Assembly: GCF_003018255.1 (NCBI RefSeq)
Contig: NZ_CP027440.1
DNA from: Escherichia coli
Lineage (GTDB): Bacteria > Pseudomonadota > Gammaproteobacteria > Enterobacterales > Enterobacteriaceae
Direction: 5' to 3' (one strand)
DNA: 64,000 bases
Every line of letters begins with the position of its first letter. Positions within the stretch are counted from its first letter, which is position 1. The position numbers and the translations under genes were made by a program. The notes beneath the pieces are model-generated. The model was not told where the DNA came from. It ran no database searches and was given only the letters and a program-made list of their open reading frames with translations. Shown here in pieces: positions 32,980 through 42,745 of this stretch.

Positions 32980-33825
32980 ATGTCCACGACATGGTTTGTA
33001 GGAGCCGACTGGCTCGCCGAACATATTGATGACCCGGAAATTCAGATTATCGATGCCCGCATGGCGTCGCCTGGACAGGAAGATCGTAACGTTGCTCAGG
33101 AGTATCTGAATGGACATATTCCCGGCGCAGTGTTTTTTGATATCGAAGCGCTTTCTGATCACACTTCTCCGCTTCCGCACATGCTGCCGCGCCCGGAAAC
33201 GTTCGCCGTGGCGATGTGTGAATTAGGCGTTAACCAGGATAAGCACCTGATTGTCTATGACGAAGGTAATCTTTTCTCAGCCCCACGAGCATGGTGGATG
33301 CTGCGCACCTTTGGTGTAGAGAAAGTGTCGATTCTGGGTGGTGGACTTGCAGGCTGGCAGCGTGATGATCTGCTATTAGAAGAAGGCGCAGTAGAGCTGC
33401 CGGAAGGAGAGTTTAACGCCGCGTTTAATCCTGAAGCCGTGGTGAAAGTAACCGATGTGTTATTGGCAAGCCATGAAAATACGGCGCAAATTATCGATGC
33501 CCGCCCGGCTGCACGTTTTAACGCAGAAGTTGATGAACCTCGCCCAGGTTTACGTCGCGGACATATTCCCGGTGCACTAAATGTTCCGTGGACGGAACTG
33601 GTGCGCGAAGGTGAACTAAAAACGACCGATGAACTGGATGCGATATTTTTTGGTCGCGGCGTAAGTTATGACAAACCTATTATCGTCAGCTGCGGCTCTG
33701 GTGTAACGGCAGCCGTGGTTTTGTTGGCACTCGCGACACTTGATGTGCCAAACGTGAAACTGTACGACGGCGCATGGAGTGAATGGGGCGCACGAGCAGA
33801 TTTACCAGTTGAGCCAGAGAAATAA
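32980..33825 (+). CDS. sseA: 3-mercaptopyruvate sulfurtransferase (281 aa)
   Basis: ORF-track frame trimmed to the ATG at 32980 (MSTTWFVGADWLAEHIDDPEIQIIDARM), which is preceded by TGGAGA. It has tandem rhodanese domains and the active-site CGSGVTA. Confidence 0.95.
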   Translation: MSTTWFVGADWLAEHIDDPEIQIIDARMASPGQEDRNVAQEYLNGHIPGAVFFDIEALSDHTSPLPHMLPRPETFAVAMCELGVNQDKHLIVYDEGNLFSAPRAWWMLRTFGVEKVSILGGGLAGWQRDDLLLEEGAVELPEGEFNAAFNPEAVVKVTDVLLASHENTAQIIDARPAARFNAEVDEPRPGLRRGHIPGALNVPWTELVREGELKTTDELDAIFFGRGVSYDKPIIVSCGSGVTAAVVLLALATLDVPNVKLYDGAWSEWGARADLPVEPEK

Positions 33826-33841
33826 GCTTTTAACAGGCAAT

Positions 33842-33869
33842 AAAAAACCGCCGAATCTGGCGGTTTTTT
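33842..33869. terminator. bidirectional rho-independent terminator (sseA on +, sRNA copy 1 on -)
   Basis: aaaaaa-ccgcc-gaatct-ggcgg-tttttt: a GC stem flanked by an A-run and a T-run. Confidence 0.8.
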
Positions 33870-33941
33870 ATTGCTGGTCTGGTTCGCGGCCTTTCCAGCA
33901 GATTGGCTTGTGTTGCATGAGCAACGCAGGTGCTTCACAGC
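33842..33941 (-). ncRNA. candidate ~100-nt sRNA, copy 1 (RyfB/RyfC/TimR-like paralog with diverged 5' seed)
   Basis: - strand promoter TTGACA (33971-33976), 17 bp, GAGTAT (33948-33953), identical to copy 2. The transcript would end at the 33848-33863 hairpin plus U-run. The 5' end is predicted only from the promoter position. Confidence 0.5.
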
Positions 33942-34163
33942 AAAGCAATACTCGCCAGTAACTCTCTTTTTGTCAAGCGAAAGAGAGTAATCATTGTTTA
34001 TTTAGCGTATTATCGACACCGGCCCTTTCCGCCGTGTTCGGTAATAAAATAACCTAGCTTATTAGTCCGAATTCAGACAAATATAAACAAATCCTGCTCA
34101 AAATTAAAAATACTAACCGGTAAAAGATATTACTTAAACATGTAAATTCACTTTCCTTTAAAA

Positions 34164-34263
34164 AACAAAAAACCGCCAAAATCAGGCGGTTATTTGTTGC
34201 TGGTTTGGTTCGCGGCCTTTCCAGCAGATTGTATTACCGTAGTAATGCAAGCGCGTCTCAGCG
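34164..34263 (-). ncRNA. candidate ~100-nt antitoxin sRNA, copy 2 (RyfB/TimR-like), divergent from ryfA
   Basis: - strand promoter TTGACA (34293-34298), 17 bp, GAGTAT (34270-34275). The terminator is ccgcc-tgatttt-ggcgg followed by TTTTTTGTTTTTT. The predicted 5' end cgctgagacgcgcttgc is perfectly complementary to 34407-34423 in the ryfA 5' UTR. Confidence 0.6.
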
Positions 34264-34486
34264 GACACAATACTCGCCAGTAACTCTCTTTTTGTCAAGT
34301 AAAAGAGAGTTATTATTGTTCTGTTAGTGTATTATCCACTGCGGACCTTTCCGCCGTCTCGCAAGCGGGCGCTGGCTTAAGGAAAGGATGTTCCGCGACC
34401 GTTAGAGCAAGCGCGTCTCAGCGCTTGCTATCGCGGCAATATCGCCAGTGGTGCTGTCGTGATGCGGTCTTCGCATGGACCGCACA

Positions 34487-34612
34487 ATGAAGATACGGTG
34501 CTTTTGTATCGTACTTATTGTTTCTGGTGCGCTGTTAAGCGAGGTAAATAATAACCGGAGTCTCTCCGGCAACAATTTACTGGCGGTTAACAACCTTCAG
34601 AGCAGCAAGTAA
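34487..34612 (+). CDS. 41-aa hydrophobic small protein, TimP-like type I toxin candidate
   Basis: ATG...TAA translates to MKIRCFCIVLIVSGALLSEVNNNRSLSGNNLLAVNNLQSSK. The N-terminal segment is hydrophobic and TM/signal-like. It lies inside ryfA, is below the ORF-track length cut-off, and has no obvious SD, which is common for tightly repressed type I toxins. Confidence 0.55.
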   Translation: MKIRCFCIVLIVSGALLSEVNNNRSLSGNNLLAVNNLQSSK

Positions 34613-34618
34613 GCCCGA

Positions 34619-34645
34619 ATGCCGCCCTTTGGGGCGGCATATTTT
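34619..34645. terminator. rho-independent terminator of ryfA (also abuts the convergent sseB stop)
   Basis: atgccgccc-tttg-gggcggcat followed by ATTTT. Confidence 0.8.
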
Positions 34646-35420
34646 AGATTATCCGGTTCTGTTTAAAGTCACGCAAAAAACCACCCCAGCGACGTTCATA
34701 GAATGGCGCAATATGTTCGGTAATAAAGTGGCTAATTCCTTTTTCCCCTTTTTTCACCTGACAAATATCGATGGGTTCATCGCCAGGTAATGTATCGGTC
34801 GCTACACTTCCCGCCGCCTGAATAATTTCTTCGATATCACCATCGGCTTCAATGCCAATAAGTAAATTAGGCTGTGCCTCTTCGTTCTCTTTAATTGAAC
34901 AAATAAAAGCACGCTTCACCGGCTTAATAGTTTTAAATAAGGTGGTGAGTGAATCAATCATTTGTGCTGGTGGCTCTGCGACTTCCGATAATATCAGCGA
35001 TTCACCGCCTTCCAGTACTTCCTGGCTGCTCAGCGGATTTCCTTCTTCACCAATCAGCAAACTGATTTCACGCGGCATAAATTCTTTACCGGTTGGCAGT
35101 TTGGCATTAAGGAAGAGCGTTTCGCCAAGGGTCATCTCAAACAATGTGCGAACGGGCATTACGACAAATGCCTGTTCGTCTTCAACCGCCTGTTGAAGTG
35201 CTTCTAACGAGGTAAAAAAAGGAATGACGCTGGTGCCGTCTTCTTTTTCCCAGTGCTGTAAATCAAGCGCGCTATCTTCAACCACAGCCTCGCCCTGCGC
35301 CGCCGTACCCGGCACCCAGACGGTGGATTCCAGTAGAGTACGGAAAAAGGCCGGGCGGTGCGCCGGTTCGGTTGCTGCTTTTTCCAGCAGGTCTTCAAGT
35401 TCGTTTTTTGTTTCGGACAT
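34644..35420 (-). CDS. sseB: enhanced serine sensitivity protein SseB (258 aa)
   Basis: ORF-track frame trimmed to the ATG 35418-35420 (MSETKNELEDLLEKAATEPAHRPAFFRTLLES). Confidence 0.93.
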   Translation of the reverse strand: MSETKNELEDLLEKAATEPAHRPAFFRTLLESTVWVPGTAAQGEAVVEDSALDLQHWEKEDGTSVIPFFTSLEALQQAVEDEQAFVVMPVRTLFEMTLGETLFLNAKLPTGKEFMPREISLLIGEEGNPLSSQEVLEGGESLILSEVAEPPAQMIDSLTTLFKTIKPVKRAFICSIKENEEAQPNLLIGIEADGDIEEIIQAAGSVATDTLPGDEPIDICQVKKGEKGISHFITEHIAPFYERRWGGFLRDFKQNRII

Positions 35421-35456
35421 AAGAACCACAATTCATTCAACGTTCGGGGCACAAGT

Positions 35457-35545
35457 GCCTGATGCGCTACGCTTATCAGGCCTACAAGGGAATCTCAATC
35501 TATTGGATTTTCGCAATTTTGTAGGCCAAATAAGACGTTTACGCC
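35457..35545. repeat. REP/BIME cluster between sseB and pepB
   Basis: gcctgatgcgctacgcttatcaggcctac (35457-35485) plus a degenerate second REP, gtaggccaaataagacgtttacgcc (35521-35545). The second overlaps the pepB stop. Confidence 0.75.
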
Positions 35546-36822
35546 GTTAACAGATTAGCAATCGTGCGCACACCTAGCCCGGTCGCGCCCGCAGACCACT
35601 GTTCAACCGGCGCTTTACGGTAAGTCGCCGAGCAGTCGATATGCAGCCAGCCTTGCTGATAGTTCTCAACAAAGTGCGACAGGAAGCCCGCCGCCGTGCT
35701 TGCACCTGCCGGATACGCCGCGCTTCCGGTATTGTTCAGTTCGGCAAAGTTAGACGGCAGCTGGCTGCGGTGGAACTCCGCCAGCGGCAGACGCCAGAAT
35801 GGTTCATTCTCCTGCGCGGCACTCGCCAGCAAGCGAGCGGCAAGCGCATCGTCAAAACTGAACAGCGCGTGATAATCATTACCCAGCGCGGTTTTCGCCG
35901 CCCCGGTGAGGGTCGCCGCATCAATGATCAGTTCCGGTTTCTGCGCACTGGCATCAATCAGGCCATCGGCCAGCACCAGACGCCCTTCCGCATCGGTGTT
36001 CATCACTTCAACTTTTTTACCGTTGCGATAGGTAATGATATCGCCCAGCTTGAACGCATTGCCGCTGATCAGGTTATCCGCACAGCAGAGGAACAGCTTC
36101 ACGCGCTTGTTCAGTCCGCGCGTAATGGCAAACGCCAGCGCTCCGGTAACCGTTGCCGCGCCGCCCATGTCCGACTTCATCGAGTCCATAAATGCGGTCT
36201 GTTTGATACTGTAGCCGCCGGAATCAAAGGTGATGCCTTTACCAACCAGGCACGCGTACACTGGCGCTTCTTTATCGCCTGTTGGGTTGTAATCCAGCGC
36301 CAGCAATACCGGGGAACGTTCTGAACCGCGCCCGACCGTGTGCAGCCCCATATAACCTTGATCACGCAGATCTTCGCCTTTGGTGATCCGGTAAGTCACA
36401 CGATCGCCCGCGACGTTGCTGATCAGATCAACAGCACGCTGTGCCAGTTGCGATGGCCCCAGTTCTTCCGCCGGTGCGTTGATGGTGTCACGCACCCAGT
36501 CGATGATCATCAGGCGGTTATCCAGTTCCTGCCGTTGGGCATCGTCCAGATCCGGCCACTCCACTTTACGTGTGCCTTTCGGGGCTTTGTAACCTTGCCA
36601 GAATGCCCAGCAGCGATCCGCATCCCAGTCTTCACCGCTTAACTGAACATGCTTGATGCCCAGACCGTCAATCTTGCGCGCCGCACGCTGGATCAGCCCC
36701 AGATCGTCTGTCCCGTTCAAATGCAGGGTAATGCCATCATTATTAATGCTGTAAGTCGCTTTTTCTCCCCAGCGCGCGTCGGCAGGTTGGGTAGAAAGGG
36801 TAATTTTCATCGCTTCTGTCAT
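35539..36822 (-). CDS. pepB: aminopeptidase B, M17 leucyl aminopeptidase family (427 aa)
   Basis: Starts [37 protein letters not shown]. The M17 signature [12 protein letters not shown] is present. Confidence 0.95.
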   Translation of the reverse strand: MTEAMKITLSTQPADARWGEKATYSINNDGITLHLNGTDDLGLIQRAARKIDGLGIKHVQLSGEDWDADRCWAFWQGYKAPKGTRKVEWPDLDDAQRQELDNRLMIIDWVRDTINAPAEELGPSQLAQRAVDLISNVAGDRVTYRITKGEDLRDQGYMGLHTVGRGSERSPVLLALDYNPTGDKEAPVYACLVGKGITFDSGGYSIKQTAFMDSMKSDMGGAATVTGALAFAITRGLNKRVKLFLCCADNLISGNAFKLGDIITYRNGKKVEVMNTDAEGRLVLADGLIDASAQKPELIIDAATLTGAAKTALGNDYHALFSFDDALAARLLASAAQENEPFWRLPLAEFHRSQLPSNFAELNNTGSAAYPAGASTAAGFLSHFVENYQQGWLHIDCSATYRKAPVEQWSAGATGLGVRTIANLLTA

Positions 36823-36843
36823 TTTAGTTATCCTTATTCGTTT

Positions 36844-36877
36844 AACAGCAAAACGGGCTACCCCCAGGCAGCCCGTT
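36844..36877 (-). terminator. rho-independent terminator at the end of the isc operon (after iscX)
   Basis: On the - strand: aacgggctgcctgggggtagcccgtt followed by TTGCTGTT. Confidence 0.7.
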
Positions 36878-36880
36878 CAT

Positions 36881-37081
36881 TCACTCGGCTTCGTCCAGCC
36901 AGACCAACAAAATCGCTTCGAGGATTTTCTCGTTCGATGCCTGCGGGTCGTCGTCGAAATCTTCCAGATCGCAAATCCACTGATGCATATCGGTGAATCG
37001 AACCGTTTTCGGATCAAGATCGGGATACGCATCGTACAGTGCTTCGCCAATTTCGCGGCTATCGGTCCACTTAAGTCCCAT
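36881..37081 (-). CDS. iscX: Fe-S assembly accessory protein IscX (66 aa)
   Basis: Starts [46 protein letters not shown]. It is the last gene of the isc cluster. Confidence 0.95.
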
Positions 37082-37092
37082 ACTAACCTCTG

Positions 37093-37428
37093 TTAATGCT
37101 CACGCGCATGGTTGATAGTGTAACGCGGGATTTCGACCACTAAATCTTCGTCGGTAACGCGCGCCTGGCAGCTTAAACGGCTTTCCGGCTCCAGTCCCCA
37201 GGCTTTGTCCAGCATGTCGTCTTCCTGCTCTGAGCTTTCCGGCAGCGAGTCAAAACCTTCGCGAACGATGCAGTGGCAGGTGGTGCAAGCACAGGATTTT
37301 TCACAGGCGTGTTCAATCTCGATACCGTTACGCAGCGCAACGTCGAGAATGGTTTCACCACTATTCGCTTCCAGAACAGCGCCATCAGGGCAGAGATCCT
37401 GATGAGGCAAAATAACAATCTTTGGCAT
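37093..37428 (-). CDS. fdx: [2Fe-2S] ferredoxin (111 aa)
   Basis: Starts [21 protein letters not shown]. The adrenodoxin-type cysteines [12 protein letters not shown]...C are present. Confidence 0.96.
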
Positions 37429-37429
37429 A

Positions 37430-39280
37430 TTAAACCTCGTCCACGGAATGGCCTTTCAGCGCACGACGAACCGACTGGTCCATGCGGCGAGCGGCGAAAT
37501 CCTGGGTTTGTTTGTCTACGTTTTTAATCGCTTGTTCGATGGCGTCAACATCATCGCCCTGCGCCACTTCACTCAGGTGAGCGGCAGCATCGTCAATGAC
37601 CTGACGCTCTGCGGTGCTTAACAGCGCGGCATCAGCAGCCAGCGCGCCGTGCAAACTTTCCAGCACACGCGCCGCTTCTACTTTTTGTTCTGCCAGCATA
37701 CGGGCTTTTACGTCCTGCTCGGCATAGCTCATTGAGTCTTTGATCATCGAGGCGATTTCGCTGTCGGTCAGACCGTAGGACGGTTTGACCTGAATAGATG
37801 CCTCAACGCCGGTGGATTTCTCCATCGCCGTCACGCTCAAAAGACCGTCGGCATCGACCTGGAACGTCACGCGAATATGCGCGCCGCCAGCCGGTAACGC
37901 CGGAATACCACGCAGCGCAAAACGCGCCAGCGAGCGGCAGTCCTGCACCAGTTCGCGCTCACCCTGCATTACATGGATAGACATCGCCGTCTGACCATCT
38001 TTAAAGGTGGTGAAATCCTGAGCGCGCGCCACCGGAATAGTGGTATTACGCGGAATCACTTTCTCCACCAGGCCGCCCATCGTTTCGAGGCCCAGCGACA
38101 GCGGGATCACATCCAGCAACAGCATTTCGCTGTCCGGCTTGTTACCCACCAGAATATCCGCCTGAATCGCCGCGCCAATAGCGACGACTTTATCCGGGTC
38201 GATAGAAGTCAGCGGTGGACGACCGAAAAATTCGCCTACTCGTTCACGCACTAGCGGCACGCGAGTAGAACCGCCAACCATCACCACTTCCAGCACTTCA
38301 TCAGCTTCTACGCCAGCGTCTTTCAGCGCGCGACGACAAGCCAGCAAGGTTCGTTTTACCAGTGGCGCGATCAGTTCGTTGAATTGTTCACGGCTGATTT
38401 CGCCCTGCCAGCCCGCAACATTCACAGTCACGGAGTCCGCATCGCTCAGCGCGATTTTGGCTGCAATGGCGGCATCCAGCAGTTCACGCTGAACGCGGTT
38501 ATCGCTACGATCAGGAATGCCCGCCTGCTCGCGAATGTAATCCGCCAGCAGATGGTCGAAATCATCGCCGCCGAGCGCGGAATCACCGCCGGTCGCCAGC
38601 ACTTCAAACACGCCGCGACTTAAGCGCAGAATGGAAATATCAAACGTCCCGCCGCCGAGGTCATAAACGGCGATCACGCCTTCCTGACCGGAATCCAGCC
38701 CGTAGGCGATAGCCGCAGCGGTCGGTTCGTTAAGTAAGCGCAGAACATGCAACCCCGCCAGACGCGCCGCGTCTTTGGTGCCCTGACGCTGGGCATCGTC
38801 AAAGTACGCCGGAACGGTGATAACTACACCATCCAGCTCGCCTGCCAGGGCTTCAGTTGCCCGCGCCGCCAGTGCTTTGAGGATGTCCGCAGAAACGCGC
38901 ACCGGGTTCAGCAGCCCCGCCGCCGTTTCAATCATCGGCAGGCCGTTTTCGCTGGCCTGGAATTGATAAGGCAGATGTGGATAGCGTTGCTGGATATCAG
39001 CCAGCGAGCGCCCCATCAGGCGTTTAACAGAACTAATGGTGTTGGCGGTATCGAGCGCTGCGTTAGTACGCGCATCATAACCCACCGAATGCCCTTGCTG
39101 TTGATAGTGAACAACAGACGGCAGCAGGTGACGGCCTTCATGGTCGGCTAACGTTTCGGCCTGACCGCTGCGCACTGTCGCCACCAGCGAGTTGGTTGTG
39201 CCAAGGTCGATACCGGCCGCCAGACGACGCTGATGCGGCGCAGCACTCAAACCAGGTTCACTAATTTGTAATAAGGCCAT
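37430..39280 (-). CDS. hscA: Hsp70-type Fe-S chaperone HscA (616 aa)
   Basis: ORF-track frame trimmed to the ATG 39278-39280 ([34 protein letters not shown]). Confidence 0.96.
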   Translation of the reverse strand: MALLQISEPGLSAAPHQRRLAAGIDLGTTNSLVATVRSGQAETLADHEGRHLLPSVVHYQQQGHSVGYDARTNAALDTANTISSVKRLMGRSLADIQQRYPHLPYQFQASENGLPMIETAAGLLNPVRVSADILKALAARATEALAGELDGVVITVPAYFDDAQRQGTKDAARLAGLHVLRLLNEPTAAAIAYGLDSGQEGVIAVYDLGGGTFDISILRLSRGVFEVLATGGDSALGGDDFDHLLADYIREQAGIPDRSDNRVQRELLDAAIAAKIALSDADSVTVNVAGWQGEISREQFNELIAPLVKRTLLACRRALKDAGVEADEVLEVVMVGGSTRVPLVRERVGEFFGRPPLTSIDPDKVVAIGAAIQADILVGNKPDSEMLLLDVIPLSLGLETMGGLVEKVIPRNTTIPVARAQDFTTFKDGQTAMSIHVMQGERELVQDCRSLARFALRGIPALPAGGAHIRVTFQVDADGLLSVTAMEKSTGVEASIQVKPSYGLTDSEIASMIKDSMSYAEQDVKARMLAEQKVEAARVLESLHGALAADAALLSTAERQVIDDAAAHLSEVAQGDDVDAIEQAIKNVDKQTQDFAARRMDQSVRRALKGHSVDEV

Positions 39281-39296
39281 GTTTAGCTTCCAGAAA

Positions 39297-39812
39297 TTAA
39301 AAATCGAGCAGTTTTTCTTCGAGTTGTTCGGCACTGCTTCGCAGTTTATCGAGAAAACGCAGCTTACGCACGGTATCCGCCGCCGCGTCCCACGTCTCGT
39401 TGTCTAACTGTTCAACCATCAACTGATGGCGGGTATCAAACATCTTTTTCACACGTTTGATAAAGCTTTCCAGCCGCGCTTCATCTTTCGCCTGTTCGAT
39501 CTCGTCCAGCTCTTCGCGCAGTTCCAGCTGTTCCATCAGGAACGCGGTGTCGCGCACAGTATGCTGCTCGCTGGCAAGATCAAAACCGTGCAAAGAAAGC
39601 AAATATTCCGCGCGCATTAACGGATGACGCAGCGTTTGCCAGGCCTGGTTAATGGTTGCAGATTGCTGTACGGCGGCGAGTTGTTCCGCCTGGCTTCCGC
39701 TGGCGAATTTATCAGGATGATACTGACGTTGTAGATCCTGAAAACGCAGGCTCAGCGCCTGGGTATCGAGTTGATAACAGGCAGGCAAGCCAAAGAGGGT
39801 GAAGTAATCCAT
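39297..39812 (-). CDS. hscB: J-domain co-chaperone HscB (171 aa)
   Basis: Starts [36 protein letters not shown], with the HPD motif. Confidence 0.96.
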   Translation of the reverse strand: MDYFTLFGLPACYQLDTQALSLRFQDLQRQYHPDKFASGSQAEQLAAVQQSATINQAWQTLRHPLMRAEYLLSLHGFDLASEQHTVRDTAFLMEQLELREELDEIEQAKDEARLESFIKRVKKMFDTRHQLMVEQLDNETWDAAADTVRKLRFLDKLRSSAEQLEEKLLDF

Positions 39813-39907
39813 AACATTCTCAGGGCTGCGATCCGCCGCGATAACGGCGAATCAGGTAAAACAAACCCCACGCGCAGGCGACCACGGTGGGGTTATCGGT
39901 ATGCGCA

Positions 39908-40231
39908 TCAAACGTGGAAGCTTTCGCCGCAACCACACTCATCTTTGACGTTCGGGTTGGTGAATTTAAACCCTTCGTTCAGGCCTTCTTTTACGAAGTC
40001 CAGCTGCGTACCGTCCAGAAATTGCAGGCTTTTGCCATCGACCACGACTTTCACGCCTTTGTCTTCAAACACGATGTCTTCCGGCGTCGGTTCGTCAACA
40101 AATTCCAGTACATAAGCCATACCTGAACATCCGGAGGTTCTCACGCCCAGACGCAGGCCAAACCCTTTGCCGCGGTTAGCCAGAAAGGTATTTACTCGCG
40201 CTGCTGCACTGTCGCTCAGTGTAATCGACAT
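39908..40231 (-). CDS. iscA: A-type Fe-S carrier IscA (107 aa)
   Basis: Trimmed to the ATG 40229-40231 ([23 protein letters not shown]). The C-terminal motif is CGCGESF. Confidence 0.96.
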   Translation of the reverse strand: MSITLSDSAAARVNTFLANRGKGFGLRLGVRTSGCSGMAYVLEFVDEPTPEDIVFEDKGVKVVVDGKSLQFLDGTQLDFVKEGLNEGFKFTNPNVKDECGCGESFHV

Positions 40232-40247
40232 AACCAAACCTCAACTC

Positions 40248-40634
40248 TTATTTTGCTTCACGTTTGCTTTTATAGTCCGCAATGGCGGCTTTGATCGCGT
40301 CTTCTGCCAGAATAGAACAGTGAATTTTCACCGGCGGCAGTTCAAGTTCTTCAGCAATATCGGTGTTTTTGATCGCCTGCGCTTCGTCGAGAGACTTCCC
40401 TTTCACCCATTCGGTGACCAGGGAGCTGGAAGCGATAGCAGAACCGCAGCCGTAAGTTTTAAAACGCGCGTCTTCAATGATACCTTCATCGTTGACTTTA
40501 ATCTGCAACTTCATCACGTCGCCACAGGCCGGTGCACCCACCATGCCGCTGCCGACGTTCTCGTCGTTGTTGTCAAAGGAACCCACGTTACGCGGATTCT
40601 CGTAATGGTCGATAACTTTTTCGCTGTAAGCCAT
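40248..40634 (-). CDS. iscU: Fe-S scaffold IscU (128 aa)
   Basis: Starts MAYSEKVIDHYENPRNVGSF. It carries GAPACGDVM, the LPPVK motif and conserved cysteines. Confidence 0.97.
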   Translation of the reverse strand: MAYSEKVIDHYENPRNVGSFDNNDENVGSGMVGAPACGDVMKLQIKVNDEGIIEDARFKTYGCGSAIASSSLVTEWVKGKSLDEAQAIKNTDIAEELELPPVKIHCSILAEDAIKAAIADYKSKREAK

Positions 40635-40661
40635 TATAAATTCTCCTGATTCCGATACCGA

Positions 40662-41876
40662 TTAATGATGAGCCCATTCGATGCTGTTCAGATCCACGCC
40701 CTGCTTGTACATTTCCCACAGCGGAGAAAGGTCACGCAGACGACCGATGGATTTACGAACTAACTCGATGGTGTAGTCGATCTCTTCTTCAGTAGTAAAA
40801 CGACCTAAAGAGAAACGGATAGAGCTATGTGCCAGCTCGTCGTTCAGCCCCAGCGCGCGCAGCACGTAGGACGGTTCGAGGCTTGCTGACGTACAGGCGG
40901 AACCTGAAGAAACCGCGAGGTCTTTCAGCGCCATAATCAGCGACTCACCTTCAACGTAGTTGAAGCTGACGTTGAGAATGTTCGGCGCACCGTGTTCCAG
41001 GTCACCGTTCAGGTAAACTTCTTCGATATCTTTGATGCCGTTCCACAGACGGTTACGCAGGCCGCGCAGACGTTCCATCTCGGTCGCCATCTCTTCTTTT
41101 GCGATGCGATAGGCTTCGCCCATACCGACGATCTGGTGAACAGGCAGAGTGCCGGAACGCATACCGCGCTCGTGACCGCCGCCATGCATTTGTGCTTCGA
41201 TACGTACGCGCGGTTTACGACGCACATACAGCGCACCAATACCTTTCGGGCCATAGATTTTGTGACCGGAGAAAGACATCAGGTCAACTTTCAACTGGCT
41301 CAGATCGATAGGCAGTTTGCCCACGCTCTGGGTTGCATCAACGTGATAGATAATGCCACGAGCACGGCACATTTCGCCGATAGCCGCGATATCCTGCACC
41401 ACGCCGATTTCGTTATTTACGTGCATGATGGAAACAAGGATGGTGTCGTCACGCATCGCTGCTTCGAGTTCTTTCAGGTCGATAATGCCATTACGCTGCG
41501 GTGCCAGGTAAGTGACTTCAAAACCTTCGCGCTCCAGCTGACGGCAGGTATCCAGTACCGCTTTATGTTCGGTTTTACTGGTGATGATGTGCTTGCCTTT
41601 TTTCTGATAAAAGTTGGCTGCACCTTTGATCGCCAGGTTGTCAGATTCGGTTGCACCAGAGGTAAAGACGATTTCACGCGGGTCAGCGCCGACCAGATCG
41701 GCAATCTGATTACGGGCGATATCAACCGCTTCTTCAGCCTGCCAGCCGAAACGGTGAGAACGGGAGGCCGGGTTACCAAAGGTTCCGTCCATCGTCATAA
41801 ACTGCATCATTTTCTCGGCAACACGCGGGTCCACCGGCGTGGTTGCGGAGTAGTCGAGATAAATCGGTAATTTCAT
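40662..41876 (-). CDS. iscS: cysteine desulfurase IscS (404 aa)
   Basis: Trimmed to the ATG 41874-41876 ([23 protein letters not shown]). The PLP lysine context [12 protein letters not shown] and the active-site loop SSGSACTS are present. Confidence 0.97.
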
Positions 41877-41900
41877 TGCTCTATAAACTCCGTACATCAC

Positions 41901-41987
41901 TCAATGCAAGGAACCAGGCTACCGGCTGGATGTACGACCGTGTTTACGGAGTGTTTAGCACTCCGGCCTGATTCTGAATTCTTTTTA
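41901..41987 (-). promoter_or_regulatory. structured iscR-iscS intercistronic region
   Basis: This 87-nt spacer contains, for example, the stem-loop cggagtg-tttag-cactccg (41947-41965). In E. coli this spacer and the iscS start are the established target of RyhB-dependent differential decay of the isc mRNA. I did not map the pairing site. Confidence 0.4.
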
Positions 41988-42476
41988 TTAAGCGCGTAAC
42001 TTAACGTCGATCGCGTCTTGTGTGCGGGTGCGTGGCGCGTCGTGAGTATGCTGACGACCAGACACATCCAGCACTTCCTGGTTATTAACCAGTTCGCCTA
42101 AAGTAATGTTATTGAGAAAACCGGTAAGACGGTCGCTCAAATCACGCCACAGCGCGTGGGTCAGGCATTTATCGCCGCCCTGGCAGCCGCCTTTACCCTG
42201 ACAACGGGTGGCATCTACAGATTCGTCAACGGCGCTAATCACTTCGCCAACGGCGATGCTGCTGGCATCTTTGCCTAACAGATAACCACCGCCTGGTCCA
42301 CGTACGCTGGAAACCAGACCATTTTTACGCAGACGGGAAAACAGTTGTTCCAGATAAGAAAGGGAAATTCCCTGACGTTCGGAAATATCAGCCAACGGTA
42401 CCGGGCCCGCTTCAGAGTTGAGCGCAACGTCAAGCATTGCGGTCACGGCATAGCGCCCTTTAGATGTCAGTCTCAT
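41988..42476 (-). CDS. iscR: Rrf2-family [2Fe-2S] transcriptional regulator IscR (162 aa)
   Basis: Starts [46 protein letters not shown]. The cluster ligand region is [16 protein letters not shown]. Confidence 0.97.
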
Positions 42477-42559
42477 GTCTTACTTCACCTCAAACTCGCC
42501 CCTGCCCGGGGTTTTTTATTGTAAAAGTGGGGGTATTGCATAGCAGGGTCAAGTCTGAC

Positions 42560-42609
42560 ATTCCCGAGTAAATTGGTCAACTATTTACTTGACTGATTTA
42601 GTCGGGTAT
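42560..42609 (-). promoter_or_regulatory. two adjacent type-1 IscR operator sites in the iscR promoter
   Basis: Read on the - strand, ATACCCGACTAAATCAGTCAAGTAA (42585-42609) matches the type-1 consensus ATASYYGACTRWWWYAGTCRRSTAT at 24 of 25 positions. ATAGTTGACCAATTTACTCGGGAAT (42560-42584) matches at 22 of 25. The second contains a TTGACC -35-like hexamer. Confidence 0.8.
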
Positions 42610-42655
42610 TTAACCTTCAGTGCCATTTTTTTATCGTGGCGTTTGTACCTGTTGT

Positions 42656-42737
42656 CGGATGCGACGTGAACGCCTTATCCGCCCAGGGGCTCTGTGCACT
42701 GCAGGCCTGATAAGACGCGTTAAGCGTCGCATCAGGC
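42656..42737. repeat. REP/BIME pair between the iscR promoter and trmJ
   Basis: cggatgcgacgtgaacgccttatccg (42656-42681) and gcctgataagacgcgttaagcgtcgcatcaggc (42705-42737). Confidence 0.8.
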
Positions 42738-42745
42738 AACCACTA

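Larger units (their letters stand above)
33842..34357. repeat. tandem duplication of a ~190-bp module (copy 1 33842-34035, copy 2 34167-34357)
   Basis: Both copies share three blocks: aaaaaaccgcc..ggcgg hairpin; ttgctggt(c/t)tggttcgcggcctttccagcagatt; and the identical 30-mer caatactcgccagtaactctctttttgtcaa, then aaagagagt.at.attgtt..t.ag.gtattatc...cgg.cctttccgccgt. They differ sharply in the ~40 bp between the second and third blocks. An AT-rich 130-bp filler separates them. Confidence 0.85.
34341..34645 (+). ncRNA. ryfA: RyfA RNA (mRNA of a small TimP-like type I toxin)
   Basis: It lies between sseA and sseB and ends at a strong terminator (34619-34645). TATTAT at 34330-34335 would place a start near 34341, consistent with my recollection of a ~300-nt K-12 ryfA. 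The 5' end is not verifiable here. Confidence 0.65.

Noticed and set aside
42499-42520. cccc-tgccc-gggg followed by TTTTTTATT on the + strand, resembling a terminator
   Set aside because: The stem is only 4 bp, and nothing is transcribed towards it on the + strand. It lies in the iscR 5' UTR on the opposite strand.
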